From NCBI GenBank assembly GCA_951406725.2, contig OX597816.1, positions 134,168,001 through 134,232,000 on the forward strand: a stretch of 64,000 bases of DNA, in the 5' to 3' direction. This document shows positions 12,863-26,640 of this stretch, piece after piece. The notes under the pieces were generated by a model. It saw nothing but the letters and a program-made list of their open reading frames with translations. It was not told the DNA's origin and made no database searches. Made by a program: the position numbers and the translations under genes. This DNA comes from Octopus vulgaris (taxonomy: Eukaryota). Position 1 is the first letter of the stretch. Each line of letters begins with the position of its first letter.

Positions 12863-14311
12863 ATGATTATAAAATATTGACGATTACACTGTATTGTCGC
12901 TTTCTCATAAAATATTGCTATATAATTAAATAGCCGATATAAATGTTGTTGAGTTGATTTCTCCAGTCACGCTTTACACCATACAGAGAGTCAGCGTAAA
13001 CGATATTTAGAGTTTAACATAGTGCAAATTTTGACTTTGGGGAACCAAACATAAGTCTGCCCCCTTCTTTCTATAGTATTGCTGTATTTTGATCACATTT
13101 CTTCCTATTGATATATGTTCCATAGATTCATACCTTAAATGGTCAAAGAAGACTTTGTATAGGGAATCTTAGCTGAATCTATGATAATAATAGCATGTTT
13201 CCTGCTGTCTTGTCATCGGCAATGTTTGCATATTTAGGTATGAGAGGATTTATACAAATGAGATATTTTAAAAGATTTAATTTTATTTAAAGTAACAAAT
13301 ATTTTTCTTTCGTTAAGTACTATTCATTTCACTATTTTGTATAAATACCAAGACCTTTGATAAAAATTTAAATTATAATTATTGTAAGGATGTCGTATTT
13401 CCTGATATACCTATGGTGGAAAGAGTATTTTTCCAGAGTTACTATGTTTTAATATGCCAAACAATTGGACAATGTTGAAAATCTAAATTAGAAATTTCTT
13501 CTTTAGATAAAAAAAAAAAAAAATTGTTTTAAAGCCATAGTCACTTTCGAAATATCCTCCTACCAACATGGTCATCCTATGAGGTGTAACTGTTTAATAA
13601 CATTTAAAATCATTAAATAGTAATGGTCTTTAGGAAACAGAAAACAGAATTACAATTCAACACTTCTACACGTAGAGAAGTCAAAATAATGAAAGAAAAA
13701 TCATCAAAATTATGTTATTATGGTAAATTCTACTAAATCAAATGTTAGGAGAGCTATGTTTTTCTGACTTCGAATGTGGAAAGCATCACATTGGGTTAAG
13801 TTAAGTTGTTAATTTTTTGGCTCAAAAAGCAAAAAGCAAGGCCATGTAGTTATGTACAGGAGTGTTCATGCAAAGAGTTCAGGCCAAAGATCTTTATTCT
13901 CTTATAGGATTTTTACCTTTTGATTAAGAGAATAATAGCAATAAATGATAAAAAGTTTGTAGAAATGCAAGTTTTCCACATAGTCTGTAACAATACGGTT
14001 AAAGAGATACATAAATTCACCACATGTAACAGAAATTTTGTTTACAGCCTTTCTACTCAATTTCTTCTAAATTTTATGGAGCATTACGACGACCTGCTCT
14101 GCGTAGTTCTGAGCTGATGGGAAAAAAGACAACTATTTTCCTAGATAGGATTTTAGTCAATGGCAGACGCTCTAATATATTTTCCCAACATCTTTGAAAT
14201 TTAAATACAAAAAAACATTAACTAGCCCACCTCAGTATTAAGTTACCATCGCCCTTTACCTCTCTCAAGGATTCTACTCTAGTGGTCGATTCGAAACCTC
14301 CCCGCAAGATC

Positions 14312-14460
14312 ACCACCATCATCATCGTTTAACGTCCGCTTTCCATACTGGCATAGTTTGGACGGTTTGACAGGAGCTGGTCAGGCAGAAGACTGCACCA
14401 GACTTCTGTGTCTGTTTTGGCATGGGTTTTACGGCTGGATGCCCTTCCTAACATCAACCA
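14312..14460 (-). mobile_element. RTE-type LINE/SINE 3' tail (family C)
   Basis: CATCATCGTTTAACGTCCGCTTTCCAT..GGCTGGATGCCCTTCCTAAC is the reverse complement of the 24870-25030 repeat. Confidence 0.8.
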
Positions 14461-16924
14461 ACCCGCAGAAGAAAAATATATATGCATGAAAATAAGTTAT
14501 TTCCTGCAAACTCTAATTTGCATGTCATTTAAACTTAGAACATTTACAAAATAACAAGTTTATAATTTTATTGTGCCTTATAAATTGATGGTTAGCAGAT
14601 TATTAGAAGGAAGAGTGAAGAAATTCAGATATAGACGTGTAATCGTCTGATAAATCATTCCAATACACCTCCTTAGAAATCTATCGATGAATTAATTTAA
14701 CTAGTAGAATCCTGTTTAATGTCTAATAAGATCAGTCTTGCTTAAGGGCTTAATTATAAGATACAGGAACGTTTACTACTTGTTTTGGTGATAATATTGA
14801 ATCGAATTGATCAGCTTAGCAAGAAGAAAAACAAAGAGCTTATCACTATCAATCACACAGTTTTAATTTTAATGTTGTCGTCTCTGAGATGTTAGTTAAC
14901 TTTGAAGATCTATTGCAGACTGCAACAATGAAAGAAATCGATAATTTTCCTTTTTGATGGAACAATTAAAAGCCTTATTACAAAGAACTATGTGCGCCAG
15001 AAGCATGTTTATTTACTGGTACCATGAGAAAAATGATTAAGAACAACTGTATAGATCAGTAGAGGATGAATAAACAGACTGACATTTTTTTCTTCTACAA
15101 ATAAATAGACTGAGAACATTAAACAATGAGACAAAGGTGGAATTCACTTCTACTGAAAAGTAAACTTTTATAGAAAAATATATAAAACAGGCATGGGCAA
15201 CCTTTCTTAAGAAGTGGCCTGCATGGAACATGGCTCATCATCTGGTGAGCCGCACTACTGAAAAATTCATAGAAATTTTCCATTGGATGTGTCATTCAGA
15301 AAGTCACACGACCTGTGGGCTGCCCATGAACTTCTGTAAATGATACGTACATGCTGTAGTCTTGTAAACGTGTTTCTCTAATACTTTTAGGGAGATAACC
15401 ATGTGACTGTTTTGTGCAGCCCCGCGGCACACATCAAAGATCAATATTATCCAATGTGCCGTTTTTAAGGTTGTAGGGTGTGATTTGAAGGGCACGAGAA
15501 TTTGGCTGCTATTTCTAGCATGTAGGGTAACCACATTCAGACTAACTGGTTATGAATGCTTCTATCTATATTAAGGGCCTAACGCATTTTCTGCTAACTC
15601 GTCGATATGATCCACCCTAGAAAAAAATCTATAATACACTTAGCTGTTTGAGATAAGAATTACACAATAGAAAAGAATTTAACAGAGAAAAAGAGAGAGC
15701 TAGAAAAAAATTCAAAACAGAAAATCAATATTTTTTGTAAAGAATATTATTTGTAATAAACCCTAATGTTTAAACTGGACCTTATTTCATCGACTTTGGG
15801 GGAGGGATGAAGCCTAAAGTGAGATTTGAACTCAGAATTTGAATGCCTCGAACTACAAGATAATTATATCAACTTCACCATCTCAGTCGTTGGTATAAAT
15901 GTATAACTAGGCAAAAAGATTCACTGTATTAAGGAAGGGGTATCGATTTATAACATTTAAATAAAGCCTTCACAATGCGTAAACAGCAACAGCAAGCTGT
16001 AACGAATTTGAGAACATGTATCTATAACAAAGACAAGTCAAATAATGATGTTAAGACAACACATTCACGAGTTTAGTAGCAAAACTAGAAATTCAAATTT
16101 GATTTTTTTTTCTTGGCAAGGATGTTAATGAATGAAATAGTAATTTAGTAACATCCACTGGAATTACTTAAACATTTATTGTGACCTGCAGTATTTTCTG
16201 TCCCTTGAAGCAATATCGACCTAAGCTTTTCTGTCCCCCGAAAGCTATATGGATCTGAAGCTAAATTGATTCATGCCTTTCTCGAAAGGGCTTGGTAGGA
16301 ACACTATAGCCTGACAATAACAATAACACACTGCAACGAAATATCAATAAAACTACTAGAAAATGGAGTAGAAGATAAATAGGACAAATCGAAAAAGGGT
16401 TCTTCTTAAGGCTAACTCTTCACTCAGGATTGACGGTAAAACCTCGAGAAAATCTAATTTCTCTCTATTTTATGTAAGTAAATAATAAATATTAGAATAT
16501 TGAATTTTTTTTTAGAAGAGTACACAGCACTTCGGGCTAATTGAAAGAATAACAAACCAAAATAACAAGAAACAATCTTAACTGTTTTCCTACATTTATC
16601 GATTTTGAGTGCCACGAAGGAATATGTTGTTGGCACACATCTCAGTACAGTTGTCTAGCTAAGTGGTGTATACTGACATTGCACATCTGAAAGTTGTTCT
16701 GTGAATATATGGATCCAGATTAAAGAATCACCATTAAAATGAACAGCCAGTAAAAGAGTAACTACTTGGCCACGCGACCTATTAGAAATAACAGTTAAAA
16801 CTCTCTCCAATAGATATAGACACACGCACACTGAACTAAAAGAGTTGAGACGGTCACGACTGAAACGTCTTTGACCATATGTCTGCTCCCGAAGGCAACG
16901 GACATAACGGCTTCTTTCACACAG

Positions 16925-16956
<32 letters not shown>

Positions 16957-17244
16957 CCAAAAAATTAACATTCAAATATTACTTGGTCGAAATATCTAGG
17001 TTAGATAGTCAGTCACTGAGTTTAAACCAGAAACGTGTTGTTTTGAAATATGTAACAAATTATTGTAGCCAGATGGGATAGGCGAAAAAAGAGGAAGTAC
17101 ACATACAACAACGTTTTCTTTAATATGTGACCGGAATAAAGGTGTAATGTTCGTGGGTATATAAAGGAATGAAGAGTCAAGATCTTCAACAAATTCTCCA
17201 GTCTTCAAAATAAAAATACAACGTCCATATTTAAAGACATAGCT

Positions 17245-17440
17245 AGATGAGCCTACGAGGTTGTTCAACATACTAGAAATAGCAGTTAAATCTCCCTCAA
17301 ATCATATTCTACCGTCTTAAGAAGAAAGAAAGAAAGGGACACATTTAATGTGGTCCTGCAGATGGGTCGGTACAAGACAGGAACATATTTGATTATATCA
17401 ATTCGATTAGAGCTGGGCTGATTTGGGCCTAAACAACAAC
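17245..17440 (+). mobile_element. Short interspersed repeat, family F ((AAC)n tail)
   Basis: CTAGAAATAGCAG..AAATCTCCCTCAAATCA..GGGCCTAAACAACAAC. Related copies at ~2490(-), 5600, 15430(-), 16760, 20150, 20315, 27817(-), 28575, 38630 and 44730. Confidence 0.7.
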
Positions 17441-17861
17441 ACGAAACACAGGCAAGCAACGGCTACAGTCCTTGTCAGGTTTACTCAACAAATGACCATA
17501 TACCACAGAAACCGAAATAAAAGTACACACGACTCAATATAGCGACATTATTACATATGCAATTAATCAATGGATGATGATGATGATATGCAATAATAGG
17601 TTTTCATTGAGACATTCTGCGAATTGAAATATGCAGTGCAAGAAATGCCTTCACACATTGTTCAGTCACCTCATAAACACATTCAATAGCACATTCTTCG
17701 TGAATAACCCCTCTACATGTAAACAGCATAATAAACAGATCATTTGACTTGTACACACTTATAAAGATTAGATTACAAATAATAACTAAGGCATTTTCAA
17801 AGACATGCCTTCACATAGACAAATAAGTAAAGAAGGTCAGTTAAAACATAGCGTCGATTGA

Positions 17862-18080
<219 letters not shown>

Positions 18081-18299
18081 GTATTTGGTCAACATACACT
18101 GTGAGTGTACGTGTAGATAGACACACACAGATTATGTATATTTAGGTTATAAACACACACCAATTAATGTGTATTATTTGGTCACATACATAGAATAATG
18201 AATGTTTACTTAGTAACAACACACATCAATGTGTAATGATTATTCAGCAGCACAAGTTTCTCTACTAACGCTACGCTTATCGATGTGTATTTATGTACA

Positions 18300-18450
<151 letters not shown>

Positions 18451-18947
18451 TTGTATTAGTATTATTGTGCTAATCTAGGCAATTGATCGTTGCGTAAGTC
18501 CTAAGTGAAAACTTACCCAAAAAATTCATCATCTTGAAATTCCTGAAGAATGGAACGTCCAAACATTTTGACAAATTATTGTATTATGGAACCCTTTTCT
18601 TCCTTTGGTTAAAAATTATTATCCGTTCAGTTATTTAGAAATTAACCTTTCAGAGAAATAGGAAGCTTATTGTTATTACCAGTATTATTTACTGAAAATA
18701 TTTGAATGTTTTTTTTGTTTTCTTTAGTTGTCTCTGAATGGACAATAATAAATAACAGTGACAACCACAATTGATGATCAAGCAAGCAGTAGGAGAAATG
18801 AAACCAAACTGTTGACTTTGAAACGACGATGTCGTCTGCATGCAAGTGCTAGGACCTGCTGATTATAGTTTCTAGCGAAACACTAAAGAACGCCCACAAA
18901 CAACACGTGTGTGTATGTATGCATGTATGTGTTTGCGTGGCTGATGT

Positions 18948-19950
18948 CAGAGGAAGAGAGAGGAGGCGGAGGAGGAGAAGAAGGAGAGAGAGTGGAATAC
19001 AAAGAAAATAACGACGATAGAAAGAAGAGTACGGAAGAAAGAAAAGGAAAATGAGAGAGAGAGGAGGAGGAGGAAGAGAAGAAGAGAGAGTGGAACACAA
19101 AGAAAAAAGAGAGAAAAGAAAATAACGACGATAGAAAGAAGAGTGCGGAAGAAAGAAAAAGAAAATGAGAGAAGAGAGAGAGAGGAGGAGGAAGAGAAGA
19201 AGAGAGAGTGGAACACAAAGAAAAAAAGAGAAAAGAAAATAACGACGATAGAAAGAAGAGTGCGGAAGAAAGAAAAAGAAAATGAGAGAGAGAGAGTAGA
19301 GAAATGAAAATAAATGCCGACGACGAAAAGAAAATGTAATAAAGATAATAAAAATAAAAAGAGAGTTGGGGAGATAAAAGAAAAGGAAAGTTAAAGATAG
19401 AAAGAAGAAAATTAAATAAAGAAAAAAAGAAAGGAGAGAGAGAAAATAAAAGCTGACGACAAAAAGAGGATAAGAGAATGGAAAAAAGAAAATGAGGAAG
19501 AGAGAGTGAACATGAAATAGAGAAAAATTGACGGAGGAAAGAAGGAAATAGAATAAGAAAGGAAAAACGAAAAAGAGAGACTAAGAGACGAATAAGAGGG
19601 AAAGAGAAAATAAAAAATAAAAGTGACGACGTAAAGAAATGAAATAAAGAATGAGAGAAAAAAAAGAAAAGAGAGAAGTAAATTAAAGCCGACGATAGAA
19701 AGAAGAGAATTGGATAAAGAAAAGAGTGAGAGAGAGAGTGTGTGTGTGTGTATTAATAGAGAGAGAGAAAAGAAATAAGAGGGAAACTTTAGAAAGAAAA
19801 TATGAACATAAAGCAAAGGAGGGGGAGAGAAAGAGAGGAAGAAAGAGTGAGCGAAAGGTATAGAGAAATTCTGAGAGAAGTAAAAAAGGAACAGCAAAAT
19901 ATAGTTAGAGAGAATGAGAAGAGAAATAGAGAGAGAGAAAGAGACATAGA
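18948..19950 (+). repeat. ~1-kb purine-rich tract with a ~118-bp minisatellite (about 3 good units, then decaying)
   Basis: Unit AAAGAAAATAACGACGATAGAAAGAAGAGTGCGGAAGAAAGAAAAAGAAAATGAGAG..GAGTGGAACACAAAG repeats at ~19000, 19115 and 19232. Diverged (C/T)GACGA(C/T) units continue to ~19700. Confidence 0.9.
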
Positions 19951-20765
19951 AGCGGAGTGTGTAAGCTCATATTTGTCAGTTATACTCCATTTCAAATTGT
20001 TGCCTTGAAAAGAAATATCACTACAGGGCTCTCAGTAACTTTAAATTCTGAACTCAAATTTAGCCAATCCAAGCAGCATTTTTTGTCTTGTTTTATTTTG
20101 TGATTTTTGCTGTTGAATGAAAATTATTAACGAACACCAACGAGAATTACCGAGCCAACTTGCTAAAAATAATAGCTAAATCTCCCTCAATGACACATTA
20201 CATAATGTAGTCCTAGACACCCTTAAACAAACGGGATGGTTACTAAGTGGATTATGAGTCAGCTCGATCATTTAACTTAGGGTTCAACAACAACCGAACC
20301 GACGAAATTTATTCCATGTGGTCGTTCAACCTGTCCGAAATAGCAGCTAAACCGCCCGCAAATCAAACTGTAATGTCTTATAATAGGAAGGTTAATGCAG
20401 TTTCTGATATAGGAAAAAGATGGGATGGTCATCAGTGGGCAAAGCCTTTGATCAGAACAATAACAATAACAGAACAATACCCACTATTGTCATTGACATA
20501 TACGCTATGCTGAATTTGCATTTTTCCTCTGACAGGAGGGGTTCGATTTAATGAGTGTAGCTGTGCCTATATTAGATTTAGAAATTGAAATTCCGTGATA
20601 TATATAGATGCAGCACGGAATTTTGTCAGTGAACAGGTTGCGGTCTCAAAGCGACGAAAATATTTTGACAAATTAAATTTAAATGTTGAAGTGAATCTAA
20701 CGGATTTTGTGTGTTTCTTAAATGGCTTATAAACACCTTCCACGCTGCAATTGTTATATATATAT

Positions 20766-21046
20766 CATGGTCTCTCCCGTCGACAGACGACGTATGAGGG
20801 TTCGGTAATTTCTTGCCGAACAACCACACAGATGATTTGTTTATAGTGATCAAATGTTTGTGTTCACATAAGCTCACTCCTGCCATCAAATCGACATTAC
20901 CTATACAGGTGCACCATGATGAAATGATCGCAGAGCAACGTGAAATGAAGTGCTTTGTTCAAGAACACAATGTAACGTCTGGTCTGGGAATTGAAACCAC
21001 GATCTCGCAATCGCAACACCCTAACCACTAAGCCATGCGCTTCCAC
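20766..21046 (-). mobile_element. tRNA-derived SINE, family E-related
   Basis: Minus strand begins GTGGAAGCGCATGGCTTAGTGGTTAGGG..GGTTTCAATTCCC (A/B boxes), followed by GTTCTTGAACAAAGCACTT. Confidence 0.75.
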
Positions 21047-21726
21047 AAACACACACACACACAATGCTTACGTTATTAGAGCTGCTTATAATTCAAAATT
21101 CAGTTTTGTTTTATTTGTACGGCACTGTTGCACATCAAATACCCTCTACACTATGTGTGTGTATCCAAATTTTTTTTAATTTAAGAAATTTCAAATCGAT
21201 TTTTTTTTCCTTCAGAAAATTCAGAAATTCGGTCATTTGAATTAAAAGCACTTCATAATTAGGTCGGCTAGAGTTATCATATCTAAAGCAGGAGAGAATC
21301 TAAAACTCAACTGGAAATAAATATGCATGAGAAAAAAAAAGTCAAAATAAAATACAATATTAGCCAATGTCCAATATTATTTTTCTCCACCTGGTAAGCA
21401 TGGGAGACAACTCCAAATAAGTTTCAGTATTAATCTGACTTCCTCAGTGAAACATAACCTTCATAAACTTCAAAAGTAGTGATGTGAGAATCACTAAGTG
21501 AATATACAAGATCGTACATTTGTTGGAATAGTGGGAGGGGGGGAATGTTAATTATAATGTAAGTACGACAGTGTAGTTCAGATGTTTGCTTCAAAAATAT
21601 ATAGTCAATTTGATTGCATACTATTCTCAACAAGTGTCTTCTACCATAGTCATAGGTTGATCAATGTCTTGTGAGTGAAATTAAATGGAAGAAAACTATC
21701 CAGAATTTTGCTCTGTGTGTGTGTGT

Positions 21727-22092
21727 ACTCTTTTACTTTTAGTCATTTGACTGCAGCCATGCTGGAGCACCGCCTTTAGTTGAAGAAACCAACCCCAGGA
21801 CTTATTCTTTGTAAGCCTATTACTTATTCTATCAGTCTCTTTTGCTGAACTGCTAAGTTATGGGGATATAAACACACTAACATCAGTTGTCTAACAATGG
21901 CACAGGGACAAACACAGACACACACACGTATACAGACTTCTTTCAGTTTCTGTCTACCAAATCAACTCACAAGATTTTGGTCGGCCTGAGGCTATAGTAG
22001 AAGACACTTGCCCAAGGTGCCACGCAGTAGGATCAAACCTGGAACCATGGGATTGGGAAGCAAGCTTCTTACCACACAGCCACTCCTGCACC

Positions 22093-22093
<1 letters not shown>
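21727..22093 (-). mobile_element. SINE family A
   Basis: Reverse-complement match to 25045-25443, including CCTTGGGCAAGTGTCTTCTACTATAGCC; abuts (TA)n at 22096-22147. Confidence 0.92.
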
Positions 22094-22152
<59 letters not shown>

Positions 22153-22159
22153 AATTTTA

Positions 22160-22430
22160 AAATACATAGAATTATAGATCCATTTTGGCTCTCCTTATTA
22201 ATCAGTTTCAAATTGGGTATAAGATAACTGGGTCGTTAACTGAAACCATATGCTCTTCAGAAATGGTAGATATAGAAAAAGTATGGTGACTTTTTTCTAA
22301 ACTTGCCACCTCTGAAGAGCAGGTGGTGTTTGTTATGTAATATCTGGTTATCTAACATCCAATGTGAAACTGATTGATAAGCTTCACCAAAATGGATCTA
22401 TAATGCTATATACTTTGATTAATATATCCA
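22160..22430. mobile_element. Inverted pair of Penelope-like terminal repeat remnants (foldback)
   Basis: ATTATAGATCCATTTTGG...CCAAAATGGATCTATAAT inverted ends, with internal inverted TCTGAAGAGCA. Related sequence at ~24460-24620 and 40800-40930. The Penelope assignment is inferred from the CTGAAGA..GAAAC motif. Confidence 0.5.
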
Positions 22431-22443
22431 CCCTATTAATCAC

Positions 22444-23530
22444 TCAACTACGGTAGTGGTTGAATATATTCTTAAGTCCACCATTTCGTCAATCGCAGCA
22501 GCTTCCAAGCTTCACCACTGATTCAGTTCTCAACTAAATTGCAAACTGTTAACAGTTTTAAAGAGGACACCTCCTCGGCTACACTTTGGCATAAATAGTT
22601 TGAGATTTGGTTCAGTAGGAAATAAAGTTACATCAAAATATGTCAGACCTCAAGGGGTGGGGCAGTAAAGCACCTATTCATCTTCAATTAACATTTTAAT
22701 TTAAAATTAAAAGTATATCTTAATTAGGCTTAAATGATAAAGAAATGCATGAGGAATTCAGAATCACTAGTCACATTGAACAAAATTTAGTAGAAAAAGA
22801 GTTATGAGATGAAATGTTACGAAATTTCCAGTCAGTAAGTAAGGGAGTAACGCTTCGTCATCATCAGCAGCAGCAAGCTATAAGAATAAAGAATATATTT
22901 CTAAAATCAATGTTTACTTTCCAAGGTGGTGAGCTTGCAGAAACGTTAGCACGCCGGGTGAAATGCGTAAGTGACACATTATTAATTATCTTATAACAGC
23001 AATGCCTGGAATAATCATGGATTACATGGAAAAATGCAAGCATGCAAAGTAATATTCTTAAGATTATAAATCTGGAAAAAATATAGGACAAGTTATTACA
23101 TCTGTAAAAGTATAGGACAAGCTACTACTTTTAGTAAAGAATAAGAAACTTCTTACTTAAAATATTGCCATTCAATTAAAATTTGAATATTAAAAATTAT
23201 TTTATTATAGTTTACAAATAACACAATACTTATTGAAGTAGAATTTGGTAATTTACTACCTTAAATACAGAAAAAAAATGACTAATTAAACAAACTTACA
23301 AATTAGCTGAACAGTTTTGTACAATAAATTTAAAAGATGAGAACTGTAAAGAGTGATTAATTAGAAGAACTGGCATTCTTTCCTGCAATATTTTAAGTAA
23401 AAAGTTTCTTATTCTTTACTTTACTAGAAGTAATAGCTTGTCCTATACAGGTGTAATAACTTGTCCTATACTTTTCCAGGTTTATAATCTTAAGAATATT
23501 ACTTTTCATGCTCACATTTTTCCATGTAAT
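22444..23530 (+). repeat. Local duplication, copy 1 (conserved ~320-bp block plus foldback MITE)
   Basis: 22444-22766 matches 28152-28474, and 22973-23530 matches 29241-29806; the two pairs are collinear. Confidence 0.92.
23021..23530. mobile_element. Foldback MITE with ~150-bp TIRs
   Basis: ATTACATGGAAAAATGC..TTAAAATATTGC / GCAATATTTTAA..CATTTTTCCATGTAAT. Second copy at ~29290-29806. Confidence 0.85.
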
Positions 23531-23661
23531 AAATATATGAGTGCATATTTTTTCTGACTTATGAATTATTAGACTATATATATATACACACATATATATA
23601 TATATTCTTGATTATGGCAAATAACTAATCACAATGTTAGCATGTTAATATTGTCAAGGGA

Positions 23662-23852
23662 CAAGGTGGCAAGCTGGCAGAATCACTAGCACACTGGGTT
23701 TACATTCGGAGTTCAAATTCTGTCCAGGTCGACCTTGCCTTTCAATCTTCTGGGGTCAATAAAGTAAGTACCAGTTGAGCACTGAGGTTGATGTAATCAA
23801 CTTAGCCCCTTCCTCTGAAATTTCTGGTCTTGTATCTGAATTTGAAATCAAT
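23662..23852 (+). mobile_element. SINE family B
   Basis: AAGGTGGCAAGCTGGCAGAATC..GAGTTCAAATTC..GCCTTTCAATCTTCTGGGGTCAATAAAGTAAGTACCAG. Confidence 0.85.
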
Positions 23853-23989
23853 GTTGTCTAGAGACAATATTAGACATGAAACTGATAGTAACATTTTAGT
23901 TATATGCCATAACCAGTAATATAGGGTTTGACAATGTAAAAATATACCTCCTCTATTACTTATATTGACCGTGCTTTTGTTTCTGACTT

Positions 23990-24310
23990 ATGGACAACCA
24001 TCTGCTGAAGCTGCAATTTCATGCACTAACAGGGGCCATAGCAACATTGGTGTCAGCATATGCTAAAGACACCAAACCTTGTATGTATTGGTTAAAGGAT
24101 GCTTGTCGATCTTATATAGTCCCCTCCTCTACTGTCTTGGCCATTTCTTTCACTTGGTTGACATCTTTCAGGGTCATGTCATATCATCTTCCAAGATTTT
24201 CACTGGTTGCTCCAATACAGTGGGAATCTTTTAGCTGCTAACTTCGAAGCTAATATCTTCTTTCACTTTCCCTTCTTTTGGGAAAGACTCCTAGATTTCT
24301 TGGGTTTGAT
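23990..24310 (-). mobile_element. Hero/NeSL-like RLE non-LTR retrotransposon, RT C-terminal fragment
   Basis: Minus-strand translation across frameshifts: IKPKKSRSLSQKKGK..KIPTVLEQPVK.LGR.YDMTLKD..KIDKHPLTNTYKVWCL.HMLTPMLLWPLLVHEI. This resembles the recalled Hero-clade motif KPxKSRSL..IPT..E.PVKSLG..K.DKSGLPGKFK.W..QH.ILP..LWPLLVYE. Confidence 0.75.
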
Positions 24311-24429
24311 TGAACAGATTCTGGGTTTCTAACTCCTTGGATGCAAGGATAGCAATAACATCCATGTAGGCTTTCAGGGATGAAAGCCTATATATACTTT
24401 AATTATGCATCATACCATATACTTTGATT

Positions 24430-24463
<34 letters not shown>

Positions 24464-24869
24464 AAGTATAGTTTTATAGATCCATTTCAGACAATCTTAT
24501 CAATTGGTTTTGCACCTGATAATAGATAACTGAACAGTTACCTAATATTTGGTGTGAAACCACTTGGTAAAATCAGCTCCAAGCGATCTGCAATACTGAA
24601 TTACTTTGACTAATATATCTACTCTACTAACAAATAAATTAGTGCATTTTTTCAGACTTATGGATTGATAGATGACTATATATATGTGTACGCATATATC
24701 CACGAATATGAAAACCATTTTTTTGTTGAGGACTTATATGCCCTTTTATTAGACTATTTTCCTTAGTCATTGCATGGTGGTTGCCATAAGATTTAAGCTT
24801 CTATAAAATACCATTATTATTATTTACAGGATTGTAAAAATAGCACCATATAAAAAACCATTCACATTG

Positions 24870-25030
24870 AAAGCATCGGAGTGGTTGGCGTTAGGAAGGG
24901 CATCCAGCTGTAGAAACACTGCCACATCTGACTGGCCTGGTGCAGCCTTCGGGCTTGCCAGACCCCAGTTGAACCGTCCAACCCATGCTAGCATGGAAAG
25001 CGGACGTTAAACGATGATGATGATGATGAT
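24870..25030 (+). mobile_element. Young RTE-type 3' tail (family C) ending in (GAT)n
   Basis: GTGGTTGGCGTTAGGAAGGGCATCCAGCTGTAGAAAC..CCGTCCAACCCATGCTAGCATGGAAAGCGGACGTTAAACGATGATGAT, with CpGs intact. Older copies at ~4060, 5010, 5860, 55170, 57640 and 58255. Confidence 0.88.
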
Positions 25031-25044
25031 ATATATATATATAT

Positions 25045-25443
25045 GTGTGGTAAGTAGCTTGCTAACCAACCACATGGTTCCGGGTTCAGTCCCACTGCGT
25101 GGCATCTTGGGCAAGTGTCTACTGCTATAGCCTCGGGCCGACCAAAGCCTTGTGAGTGGATTTGGTAGACGGAAACTGAAAGAAGCCTGTCGTATATATG
25201 TATATATATATGTGTGTGTGTGTGTGTATGTTTGTCTGTGTTTGTCTCTCTAGCATTGCTTGACAACCGATGCTGGTGTGTTTACATCCCCGTCACTTAG
25301 TGGTTCGGCAAAAGAGACCGATAGAATAAGTACTGGGCTTACAAAGAATAGTTCCTGGGGTCGATTTGCTCGACTAAAGGCGGTGCTCCAGCATGGCTGC
25401 AGTCAAATGACTGAAACAAGTAAAAGAGTAAAAGAGTAAAGAG
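25045..25443 (+). mobile_element. Young SINE family A (most CpG-intact copy)
   Basis: GTGTGGTAAGTAGC..GGTTCCGGGTTCAGTCCC (B box), CORE-like CTTGGGCAAGT, internal (TA)/(TG) repeat and (GTAAAAGA)n tail. Confidence 0.95.
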
Positions 25444-26249
25444 TATATGATTTCCAGATGTTTTAACATCCAATATTTTAAGGGAGTCATCTCCACTGTG
25501 CTAACTGCAGCATCCTGGCAACAAGCAAAACATAAACATTGAGCATGTGTGGTTGATAATGTTAATGACATTAGAGCTGATTCTAATTCATAATTAAATA
25601 TGTATATCAACACACTGGCTTGTGTATGTGAAGAAGAAAGATATAGATCAATAAGAAAACATAAACTAATACAAGTCAATACCTTGTGGTATTTATTCAA
25701 CTCAAGCTGCACACACACACACTCCTTTGTTATTCTTATGACTGGTAAAATGTGGTGAGCCACTGATTGATTGGCCCATTTGGAAATCTATAACCAATGA
25801 CGCAAATGTTCACAAAAATGTGTGCGCTATATATATAAATACATTAATATAAGATAAATAAACTACTTTTAATCCAGAAAGTTGATTCAAGGATGTGCAC
25901 TTCAAAATGCTTGCTTTTCTTATACATTCTCATTCAGAACAAAAATTAATTTATGGTTATATGAATACTTGCACATGAATATTTTCTGTTTACTAGTCAA
26001 TCAAAAAAACCAGCTCCCATCCCATTTCCGTCTTTTGTAATCTGTGTACATGCATGTGCATGTAACTGAGTACAATCACATAGTTTTTATGTATATGTAT
26101 GACTATGTCCTGATATCTAACTTCCTTTCTTCTAAGCCTTGTGTTTATGTAGGAGATCAATATATTTAAGTGTTTAGAAATTAGACTAGTGAGAAAATGG
26201 ATCAATAAAAATCAGAAAAGGAAAATGCCAGCAATTTGAGATCACATCA

Positions 26250-26640
26250 TCACTATCATCATCATCATTATTTTAACAACCACTTTTCCATGTTTGCATG
26301 GGTCAGATACAGCTTTTTGTTTTATTGAAGTAGATTTTCTATGGCTGGATGCCCTTCCTGTCACCACCCTCACCTGTTTTCAAGCAAAGTAATACTTACT
26401 CAGTGTATTAGAAATGAATGACATTGCTTGTATGACAGAGACGAACATTAACAACTATCACATAATGTTGAAGACAAAAACACACACATACATATATGTG
26501 ACAGGCTTCTTTCAGTTTCCATCTATGAAATCCTGTCACACAGCTTTGGCCAGCATGGTGTTATAGTTGAATACATTTGTCCTAGGTGCCATGCAGTGGG
26601 ACTGAACCTAGTTGGACAAGCAAACTTTTTATCATACACT
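26250..26640 (-). mobile_element. Composite SINE: family A head with RTE-type (GAT)n tail
   Basis: Same head-plus-tail architecture as 39945-40370 and 48905-49330. Confidence 0.75.

Noticed and set aside
18849-20008. Phe/Ser/Leu-rich and Arg/Glu-rich ORFs up to 161 aa
   Set aside because: Products of the purine-rich minisatellite, with no domain signal.
25374-25763. 129-aa minus-strand ORF
   Set aside because: Ends inside a SINE tail, crosses a (CA)n repeat, and has no recognisable motif or convincing splice sites.
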